Assembly (NCBI RefSeq): GCF_006345805.1
Contig: NW_021832415.1
Coordinates: 16,045-80,044, forward strand
Direction of reading: 5' to 3'
Length of the DNA stretch: 64,000 nt
Origin: Octopus sinensis
Taxonomy: Eukaryota
The notes under the pieces are model-generated. The model was not told the origin of the DNA and searched no databases. It was given only the letters and a program-made list of their open reading frames with translations. Position 1 is the stretch's first letter, and each line of letters opens with the position of its first letter. This document shows, piece after piece, positions 54,360 through 64,000 of this stretch. The translations under genes were made by a program, and so were the position numbers.

Positions 54360-54870
54360 AGTGGATAATTTACGCACCTGCTGCAATCCATAGATCTGGT
54401 AGCCATTTCTCACGTTCCCTTTCCGGAATCGAACTCTAAGTTCCGAAATCAAGCCTTGCTATTGATTGGGGAACCCAGAATGATAAGGTCATCAAGCTGG
54501 GTGATGCACATGCCTCCAATATGGTGGGATAAGGTGGAAAAAATAAGTTTGAATTCTGAGGGGCTCGCAGACAAGCATATCAGCTCGGATTTGGATCCAT
54601 TCAAAGAAAACCCAGAAATAATTTTGTCTATATCATTCCTGACGATCTCCAAAGCCCCGCCGAGAGTAACATCATCGAGGTACCAAATGTTTACCTCAGA
54701 GGACAATTGGCGGGCAATGTGATCAACACCGAGAGAGAATAAAAGAGCCCCAAGAGGGTCGCCTTGTTGAATACCAGTTTCGGACATAATAACATTGTCG
54801 GCAAACAAGAGACAGCTGGGGGAGGCGTAAGACAGATGGACGATCGGATATAGGCTGGGAACCGATATTT
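54360..54870 (-). mobile_element. CRE-like RT domain fragment
   Basis: SETGIQQGDPLGALLF, IWYLDDVTLGG, LNGSKSE and ILGSPI. Confidence 0.88.
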
Positions 54871-55230
54871 TTTGCAATTTTTTTGCAACAGTTTTCAGGA
54901 GAAATCCTGAAACTGAAATCCCATCTTCTCTCAAATTTTAAAAACTTCAAAGACTAATCGATCAATTCGAATAGAAAGATCTGATTCAAAGTACTTAAAC
55001 GAGTGTTCATCAGAGCACGTTCTGCTTTTGAAAATCCTTTTCCAATTTCTTTTTAATTCTTGAGACAGTTCCTTTCCCAATATATATAATCGACAAATTT
55101 TTCTTTCAGAAATATCTCCTTTCATTAATGATTCGGAAATCTTTTGCTTCAAGTTCCGACTAAGCTTAGCTGGCATGCTTAAAAATATTTAAAAATTAAT
55201 TAAATAAAGAATAAAAATGAAATAATAAAT
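54870..55230 (-). mobile_element. Tc1-like HTH fragment, near copy of 37480-37840
   Basis: Near-identical sequence; ORF MPAKLSRNLKQKISESLMKG. Confidence 0.8.
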
Positions 55231-55259
55231 ATCACGAAAATCTTAAAAACATTGACAAT

Positions 55260-56385
55260 TATCACTATTTTGACAATCGTTAATTTCAAAAAACCATTAG
55301 TTTAGCTATGACTTATTTAAGCAGAAGAACTGATGGCGATCCAGTTTCCCCTCACTATTGCTTGGGACACGTTCTGGAGAAGCCATCTCGTCTCCAGAGG
55401 ATTATGTGTTCTCAGGGTCTTGAGACGTCCAATACACATGAGGAAGCGCAACGACTCCTTTTGACAATTAAAAACAAAAAACTCATTTTTAATTCCATAA
55501 AACAGTTTGATGTTTATATTTTTTGATTTTTATTGTCAACAAATTTATAAACTAACAAAAATTTGAGAAAAATATTTTGCTTTTTTTCGTCAATATAAAT
55601 TGTAAATATTGAATAATTAATTTCAAAAAGCATGAAAACGCGTCTTTTGATCCAAACTAACTCCATAATAAACAAGTATTATAAGAGTATTGTCAGCAAA
55701 TTTTTCAATAAAATAATATGTGACATGGGCAGCTTGATACGTATGGGCAACCGGTTACATTTTACTTTGAAAAATTTTAATTTACCCTTGAACAAATCAT
55801 CTTATTTCAATCATTAAAGATTAATGTATTTTAACAAAAAAGATTTTAAAATTAATTATTTTTTAGTCTTTCCATCACAGTCTGTCTTGCACGGTCAGTC
55901 CCCTGACCAGCAACTTGGCATTAATCACCAATCTAATCTCGAGATGAATTGGCCGGTCTCTCAGAATCACCAAAAATCAAAACAGTCACAAAACATTCCC
56001 CTTTCGACAACATTTCCTCAAATTTGATCTCAAAAAATCCATTTTTCACGATAATTTTAATAATCTTTTATTTTCAATAAACGATTTAAATGATTGATAA
56101 ATTAGATAAACATTAAATTTTTTCCAAACTACAACTTTTTAACGCTAATTTTTATCAACTCACAAAGTTAGGACATATCACGATTTTGACTAATTTGATA
56201 TTACTTTATTATATATAATTATTTGATATTTTTAATAAACATTTAAAAGTAGCACGTTTTTTCTTGTTTTGCTGTGTTATTCACTCTTGCCTTGATCTGT
56301 GCTGTCAGTATACTCACAGCCCCGTTGCAAGGCCACATTATAATAACTTCATTATGCAAGCTTACATTCTATTTTAAATATTTAA
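55260..56385 (-). repeat. Orphan repeat/gene family, copy 3, interrupted by insertions
   Basis: Homologous to 52400-52960; interrupted at 55278 and 55719 and cut at 56386. Confidence 0.65.
55278..55458 (-). mobile_element. 5'-truncated CRE-like insertion with 10-bp TSD
   Basis: NPLETRWLLQNVSQAIVRGN; TSD TTTTGACAAT; empty site at about 52405. Confidence 0.82.
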
Positions 56386-57712
56386 TGTCACCGGCTCATT
56401 AATGGACCCGGCATATTAATGGACCGCATCAAAATGTCATTAATATCAATTACGTCCATATGAAAAGTATCTTACTTTTTTCTAAGTCTAATTTTAAACC
56501 TATTTTGATGGTTTTAATGACTTCTGGAAAACTAAGATTTTGAAAATTATTGATTAATTATTATATTGTTTATTACAGTGGTTCCCAACCTGGGGTCCGC
56601 GGAACCCTGGGGTTCCGCAAAGCCAGTTTTGGGGTTCCGCGAAATTTATTATATTTATTTAATAATAGTTTTTAATTATTAAAATATATTAAACATCCAC
56701 GCTTATATCTTGTTTCTCTTTTGAGTTAGTTGGAAAACAATATTTGGTCAAATTTTTCAATTTACAAAAATTTGGAAAACAATATTTGGTTACAGAGACT
56801 TGCATATTTGGTTTCAATTTATGAAAAACTGAATAAATTTACATTATCACTACAAGGAAAATATCAGACAGTTTTTATTTTGAATAAAAAAGTAATGACC
56901 TTAAAACGGAAAACCGAATTTTGGCGATCATCTGTAGATAATAATATTGCATGCTTTGCCGTTTTACAAGAGTTTCTCGAAGAATCAAAATCATCATTGG
57001 ACAATACAGTTCTTCAGGACATCAAAGATCATTCGATAACATTGCGAAATTTTTCCGGGTAAATTTGATGACGATTGGGTTCAAAACCCATTCAAAGTTA
57101 AAGTAATACCAGCAAATCTAACATCAATTGAATATGAACATCTTATTGATTTGACATCAGAATCAGCGTCATATCAGTTATATAAAAATGAATCCCTTTT
57201 TAATTTTTGGAGGGGATACATTTCAAAATATCCAGATATCTCAGAAAAGGCTATACGTAAACTATTACCTTTTCCAACGACTTACTTATGCGAGTCTGGG
57301 TTTTCAATATATACATCCACCAAAACAAAATATAGAAATAAACTTAATGCTTCCGCTGATATGAGGATACAGTTGTCAACAATAACTCCTAACGTTACAC
57401 AACTATGCTATGATAAAAAATTACCTCAATGTTCACATTAAAATTGTTTTTGGTTATTACTATTATGTTTTAAGTGAAATTATAATAATTGAATTGGAGG
57501 GGTTCCGCAAAAAATAAATTAGCCCAAATGGGTTCCGCGAGCACCTTAAGGTTGGGAACCACTGGTTTATTATATTTAGAGGGTTTCCATTTTAAAATAA
57601 TCAATTTTTTATTTTAAAATAGTAATAGTAAACTTTTAAAATTTGAGATATGAATATTCTAACGTAAAAAGTCAATTTCGAAAGACAATCTTAACCAAGA
57701 CAATCTTAACCA
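56386..57712. mobile_element. Solo right arm of the Ginger-like family (inverted copy of 62570-62931)
   Basis: TGTCACCGGCTCATTAATGGACCCGG terminus and about 340 bp of homology once the hAT insert is removed. Confidence 0.85.
56576..57564 (+). mobile_element. Internally deleted Buster-type hAT
   Basis: TIR CAGTGGTTCCCAACCT, TSD GTTTATTA, empty site visible at about 62715, PFPTTYLCESGFS motif. Confidence 0.93.
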
Positions 57713-58340
57713 AACGAGGACAGTTCATGTTTGCCGGTCGTAGCAAGCGAGGGGGAGGTTCTGTTAACGGATGGGAGAAAGCCGAGGCCGAAAGAGGCAA
57801 AGCAGAACAACTTAAGCCAATGGGATTCCCTGTCGGAGGCCAGAGCGTCGTCAATTGCGGTGGACAAAGAGGAAGCAGCTGGGATACGAGCAGCCTTTGG
57901 GATTTTGTGCGGGATTTGTCGGAGGCGGCGGAGGAGTTTGATGGATTTGAGAACGTAAGGGACAGAATGGGTCCCGAATACAGGGTCAGAGAAAGGGAAG
58001 GAATCAGCGGAGCAGCGAGTGCCGAGAGTGGCGGTGGCGGATGGGGTGGATGAAAGTAATGGGGTGCCGGAAAGACAAGCGGGACAGACCCAAGATGGGA
58101 TACGTTCCGAAGTGCGGTGGGAAAGGGAGACACAAGAAAGATGAAAGAACCGATAACACGATGAGCAGAGACGGCCCTTCTTTCTTTTGTTGACCATGTT
58201 GCAGATTGAGCAGGGGGAAACAGGATTAAGAGTTGAATGAGAGACCACCATATGAAAAGATTATAACAGAACGAATAATGGATAGAAAGAAATAGACAAA
58301 GAAAGATTATACGGATAGGAAAGGATTAGAGAAATCAGAA
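57712..58340 (-). mobile_element. CRE-like element 5' end with N-terminal PHD finger
   Basis: CSIC..CSSCYRFFHLSC..WVCPAC (C4HC3), then IPKAARIPAASSL..WLKLFCFA; pyrimidine-rich 5' UTR. Confidence 0.72.
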
Positions 58341-58379
58341 ATATTAGATACAACAACAGATTAATATTAGATACAACAA

Positions 58380-59130
58380 CATGCCTAAAGGAAACCATGG
58401 ACCAGAGAAGGTTGGCTTGTTTACAAGCGGGCAGCCAGCCCCTAAGCGGCGCGTGGCTAAACTGTTACCCTTGTAATACAACTGGCTGCCTCCTTAATGA
58501 TAAAGCCGTAAGAATTGGAGTTTGTCTGCGCCTCGGTCTACGCGTTTATGAAAAACACCAATGCCGGTGCGGCATGTGGACTGACGAGTTAGGATATCAC
58601 TCCCTCTCATGTCGAAACGGAATTGGACGGTCCTCACGGCATTCCGAACTGAACCAGATCATCTGTCGATCTCTTCGAACTGCTGGATTCCACACACAAT
58701 TGGAACCTGCAGGGATTTTCGTAGAAGACGGCAGAAGACCCGATGGGATGACCACATTTCCATTTCAGAGGGGAAAGTGTCTGGTTTGGGACTTCACGTG
58801 TGTGAACTCCTTTTCCAATCAGAACATCAAATTATGCATCGAGAATCCTGGAGCCCCGTCTGAACGGGCAGAGAAGAGAAAAGCTGAGAAATACGCTGGA
58901 ATTGGGAATGGGAGAGTGTTGTCCCCCTGGCTGTTAAGACGTCAGGAATACAGGAGCCTTCTACTCGGACCCTACTCCAGCGCATTGCCTCATTAATCGA
59001 AAGGGTTACCGGCGACCCGTGTGAGCACCGGTATTTAATCGAAAGAATATCTATAGCAATAGTCAGAGGCAATACTCTGGCTATCTGCCAATGACTATTT
59101 CTCTTTTGATTTGAAATATATTTTAGAAAA
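58380..59130 (+). mobile_element. CRE-like 3' region: zinc knuckle plus restriction-like endonuclease
   Basis: SGAWLN, CRCG..HSLSC, RHSELN, RRPDG, WDFTC and ERISIAIVRGN. Confidence 0.9.
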
Positions 59131-59154
59131 AAAAAGATAATTAAATAACAAAAA

Positions 59155-59397
59155 ATGAGAAAAAGTGCACCACAACAACGTGCAACAACAACGTCAAAAT
59201 ACCCAAAATTATTAACGTTATTTGTGCTATAATAAGTTGTTTGTGACCGGCAAAATTTTAATGCAATTTTATGTAAAATTTGTGGTGACCGTTCATCTGG
59301 AGTTCATTACGGAGTCGCAACATGTGAAGGTTGCAAGGTACTTTGTAGATTAACGTTTCCTTGCATTTAGTCTTTTTTCCGCAGGACATTGGAGTGA
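59155..59397 (+). CDS. Nuclear receptor DNA-binding domain, first zinc finger
   Basis: [22 protein letters not shown]|SFFRR across a 33-nt intron (59338-59370). Second finger not recognisable. Confidence 0.8.
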
Positions 59398-60490
59398 CCC
59401 TGGTAATCATTCGAGTCCATTTTAGGTGGAACTGGCCAATTGCAGTCATCCGTTTATTGGCTTTTGTTCTTATATTGAATTCAACTTTTATTTCAAAGAA
59501 AACAAGGATTTTTCAAAAATTCTTGTAGTTCAGTCAGGAGATGAGGTTTTGCAGCATTTTGTTGATATTTGGTTTTTTGTTGTATTTTTATTTTTAGTAC
59601 AAAGTGCGACGTGAATTTCAGAGCCGGACTTTGTGAATTGGAGATTTTAAATTGAGAAGAATTTAAATTAAGGGCGACGAGTTTGTAACTTGCTGTGGTG
59701 ACTCAGATACCAGGAGAAACACTGTCAGGTCGTGGATAACTTCGGAAGTAGTTTTTGATTAACTTTCGAGAGTTATATGTTGTGTTAAGATTAAATAAAT
59801 GCATTGGATAAAGATTAAATAAACGATGAAATAAATTCAAATTAACTTGAAAAATAAAATTTATCCATGATATTTTACCAGTAATCAAATTTAATTAATC
59901 TTCAAACAATTTAAAAAATAGAATAAAAATAAAACATTAATATAAAAAAGATTGAAATTAGAAATAAAAATTAACAACAAAAAGCACAACACAAGAAAAG
60001 AAAATAACATGCGTGATACGTAATAATTTATTGTAATTAATTCGATAAATTTAAAACTTTTAAAAATTAAATAAATAACATTTAATAATGTGATTCTGTT
60101 TGAATTCAGCTAGGAACAAAAATTCAGGTGGTTTATATTAATGGAGAGTGGGTATCTAATATATTTGCATCAAATAAAACAAAAAATAAAATTTTCTAAG
60201 CATTATCCTTTCTATCTACTTTTGAAAAAATGACAGAATCTCTTACCATATGGAGTGAATCAAACAAAGTTGTTTAAGTTTGTAGAACACATAAGCGAAA
60301 ATTATTTACAAGTCTTTTATCTATGACAAGATGATTGTAATCAAAAAAGTTGCCAAAATTTGTCATTAACCACTCATATGTATTACTAAATTAAACAGCA
60401 GATCATCAGTAATTGAATACTAAGAACAAGACCAGACACAAAAACTTCGCAGAAATACAGAGGAAATTGTAATGGAAAAAAATCTATAAA

Positions 60491-60816
60491 TGGGATGCAA
60501 CTTGCTCAGATACTTTTTCCGAACAAAATCTTCCTCCCTCAGCTGTCGCAGTTGGCCCTGCTTCTTGCAGAGCAGAAGAATTAAAGATTTCAAATCTGTT
60601 TACCCCGATCGCCGTGGAGACCTCTGGCGTAATCGGTGACAGGTCACTCATTTTCCTCAAAAAGCTGGGTCGTCTGATTTCTCGCAAGAAAAACGACACG
60701 CGTGAGTTTGGATGGCTCCTTCAGAGGATTTCCCTTGCCATTGTACATGGAAAATGTTTCTCCATCTACGAGTCCTCTTGTTAACTCTCTTTTCTCTCTG
60801 TTTTCTTTTAAGAAAT
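60491..60816 (+). mobile_element. 5'-truncated CRE-like insertion
   Basis: WDATCSD..PIAVETSGVIG..LLQRISLAIV; flanking duplication of at least AAAAAATCTATAAATG. Confidence 0.85.
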
Positions 60817-60997
60817 AAATTGTATATAAAAAATCTATAAATGAACTAGAAGTAAAACACAAAACAAAATTAGAAAAATAAAACGAGAATTATTACTTTT
60901 TTACTTTTTTTAATTGTCAAAATTGTTTAATTGATGTTTAGATTTAACTGATTATATTTTTGATAAAATTTTGAACTTAGTTTATTTGATAATTAAA

Positions 60998-62931
60998 TGT
61001 GACCGGCACATTAATGGACCCGGCATATTAATGGACCGATTGCATAAATTGCAAAATAAATTATATAAATAAATATTAACCCATTGTAGAGATATGTTTT
61101 TATATAAATTGTAGCATAATTTTATATTTTTATTATTTTTTATTTACACGTGTTTGATGCGTTTGTTGGAATTAACTAGGGAACAACTTGAAAAAATTGA
61201 GAAATTCCAAATTTCATCAATAGCTGAGAATTCATTAGACAAGAAACAACGATTTCGATTAAAAGAGCTATCGCAAAAATTTGTTTTTGAAGACGGTAAA
61301 GCGTTTTTACTGAAGGGTGACCTAAAATTACGGTTCTTTGCAGCTGAAGATAAGGAACTGAAATTAAAGATAATTGAGGTAGTTTATCTGCTTTATTGAA
61401 GTCTGAGCATAATAAAAACCATTTTGGCCGAGATAGACTTAGTAGTATGTGGAGGAATACTTTCTATAACATAATGAGAGAAGATATCCGCTTTGTTTTA
61501 GACAAATGTGTTTATTGTCAAGTATTGGCTATTTATTTATTAGCTAGTCCAAAAAATTGATGGCAACCAAGCCACCTATCACTCCAATCATTGCCAGAGG
61601 TCCTAGAGACCGTTATATCGCAGATGGAAAAAAATGTAATCAAAAATGTTAATATCTCGAGACTTTCTAAAATTTTAAAATAAATAGTTGAAACTTTTAA
61701 TGTTTTGCATTGTGTCGTATACGGGGTTTTTTAATTAAGTTTTAATAAAACTGTTATTTAGAGTTCCTCTTTGGCTCTCCAATCAATTCAAAACAAAGCC
61801 ATGCGCATCATATCCGGGTGCCTGAAATCAACACCCATCGACCATCTGCACTGTGAAACCAACCTCCTCCCGATAGAGGAACATCTAAACATGAGAGGAG
61901 CAGAATTCCTATTCGCTTCGCGAAAATTCTACCACCCTTGCACTGCCCTAAACACGCTAAATGACAACGGCCGTGCATTGAAGAACACGCCTGCCAAACA
62001 ATACTCCGGGTACTTGCCAAAATCAATGGCCTAAACCAATGTTCACAGCCAATGAAAAAAATCCACGACTTCATTTCAACGTCGTCCATTCTAAGGCTGA
62101 AGCCTAACTCTGTCCTCAACAAACTTCCTCCAGAAGTTCACCCCTCCGAAATGCTTCTGGAGCGTTCCGCTCAGATCAACCTTGCTCGTTTCCGCTCGGG
62201 CCACCACCACTCACTAAACTCCTACGCTCACTCATTGAACGCCGTGATCTCCCCGGTATGCAACCTCTGCTGTGCCGAAGATCACTCAACTGACCACCTT
62301 TTCCGCTGCCCTGTTCTCCTCCCTGTCCGCAGGAAATTTGCTGTCCACTCCCCCGAGGTCCTTTGGGAGCAACCCGCGAAGGCGCTGTTGTTTCTGCTAG
62401 CCGCCGGTCTCATACCCTAATGTGAGACCGGGGTTATGCAACAACAACAAATTAGAGTTCCTCTTAACACTAGAAATTGTAATCAGAAAGTATTAAAGAT
62501 CGTATTAATCATAAAATCCGAGTCAAATACACTGCGGCCGCAGGCCGCATAGGGAACAGTATCAAATTGACTTCCAACAATTAGGGTTTGGTTAAGATTG
62601 TCTTTCGAAATTGACTTTTTACGTTAGAATATTCATATCTCAAATTTTAAAAGTTTACTATTACTATTTTAAAATGAAAAATTGATTATTTTAAAATGGA
62701 AACCCTCTAAATATAATAAACAATATAATAATTAATCAATAATTTTCAAAAATGAGGTTAGGTTTGTTATGTTGTCAATCTTAGTTTTTCAGAAGTCATT
62801 AAAATCATCAAAAATAGGTTTAAAATTGGACTTAGAAAAAAGTAAGATACTTTTCATATGGACGTAATTGATATTAATGACATTTTGATGCGGTCCATTA
62901 ATATGCCGGGTCCATTAATGAGCCGGTGACA
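60998..62931 (+). mobile_element. Third Ginger-like element, internally deleted
   Basis: 41-bp TIR TGT(G/C)ACCGGC.CATTAATGGACCCGGCATATTAATGGACCG; EHNKNHFGRD..CVYCQ|SKKLMATKPPITPIIARGPRDRYIAD. No clean TSD. Confidence 0.82.
61772..62451 (+). mobile_element. 5'-truncated jockey/I-like LINE with (CAA)n tail
   Basis: LQSIQNKAMRIISGC, LARFRSG and CNLC..H..HLFRC; 14-bp TSD TTAGAGTTCCTCTT. Confidence 0.92.
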
Positions 62932-63839
62932 ATTTATATATTAATTTAACAGAAAAATCAGTTTAAAATTATAAAATATAAAAAAGAAAAGTCATTTTAT
63001 CCGAAAAATTACTTGACTGCCTCAGCGGAGGATTGCCATTCAATTCTTTCTCAAAGCCACTTTGATTTACGTGGCTCACTCATACTACTAGCAGTTCATT
63101 TCTAAAATCAATGATGAAGGCCGTGTTGAGATTCCACGTCTGAAGTTTCGAATACGATATGAAATCTATATGGTATACTTTAACTCAATCTTATATACAC
63201 AAATTATGATATTTTAAACTGAAAGACTCCTGACCTTCAAGACTGACACAACCAAATCATCAGGTAACTTGTTTGCTATCAGCAGGTGCAGCCACTGGGG
63301 AATCATAATTGTCGATATAACTTATAATTCAAACGCGTGACGCTTAGACTAAACACATTCCCATTTGGCAGGGAAAGGTCGTCAATCCGTCTGCTCTTCT
63401 GTCTACTGCACAGATCTTTGGAATTTTCAGTTGAATCCACAATTATGGAGAGACTGGCGGATGATCTGATTTGGTTCTGGATGTCCTAAAAGCTTCCAAT
63501 TCCGTGATGAAATGTAATGGAGTGGTTGCTGTACGCCCCATCGGCTGTTTATTGTATTGAGAAAGAACAGTCTCAATCATTTCTCTGAGGACTGACAAGA
63601 ATTACTCCCCAAGTCAGCTAGAATGGTCAAGCCGGTGCTTCCAAAGGGCGGCTTGTCTTTATACCTGTGCATCAAAACAGATATTTTGAATAATATTATC
63701 TAAATCTATCATATGTCTCTAAGACTTGGCTCTTTGGGACAGAAATTGTCGGCTGTATTGAAATTGAAAACAAGGAAAGCTATTTATTGACACTTCTTAA
63801 TAAGCTTTATATCCAAATATCATCCAAATCAGAGCTCAG

Positions 63840-64000
63840 GAGTACTGTTGATGCACATAATGTAATGAATTTTTCTCAGTATGAAAGACAATTAGAATCG
63901 TTGTTAAAGGAATTTCAAGAAAGATTTAATGATTTTTGTCTTTTGAACAACAATTTTTATTATTCGCATCACCATTCTCTTTTAATGTTTCCAATGCAGA
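63840..64000 (+). mobile_element. GTF2IRD2/SPIN-like hAT transposase fragment
   Basis: LESLLKEFQERFNDF..FASPFSFNV. Confidence 0.6.

Noticed and set aside
57643-58133. GC-rich ORFs 57643-58053 (+) and 57672-58133 (-)
   Set aside because: They are shadow frames of the PHD-containing CRE ORF.
59242-59255. TGTGACCGGCA matching the Ginger terminus
   Set aside because: The match is only about 11 bp and lies in frame within nuclear-receptor coding sequence; probably chance.
62990-63830. Higher-GC coding-like block
   Set aside because: Frames are broken and no motif was recognised; left unannotated.

Overview
Very AT-rich eukaryotic DNA. A nuclear-receptor zinc finger, LGR-like and EGFR-like receptor pieces and MEMO1 point to an animal. 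Introns of about 19-33 nt suggest a genome-reduced parasite such as a myxozoan (inference). Host genes are an RRM/SAFB-like protein, two LRR genes, mucolipin, HIG1, a MARVEL protein, MEMO1, a nuclear-receptor fragment and an orphan multi-copy family. They sit among dense transposon debris: MULE, Buster-type hAT, Tc1/pogo, jockey-like and R4-like LINEs, about 10 CRE-like RLE retroelement pieces, and intron-containing Ginger-like integrase transposons. A roughly 10 kb tandem segmental duplication (32205-42432 and 43165-51318) shows reciprocal gene decay. Most notable: (1) CRE-like insertions whose target-site duplications start with AATTG; (2) a hAT element carrying an intron-containing condensin CAP-G fragment; (3) a Ginger-like element with a 6-bp TSD and micro-introns conserved across copies; (4) telomere-like repeats at the duplication junction. 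All translations and alignments were done by eye. Many 1-bp homopolymer indels may be sequencing errors, so pseudogene calls are provisional.
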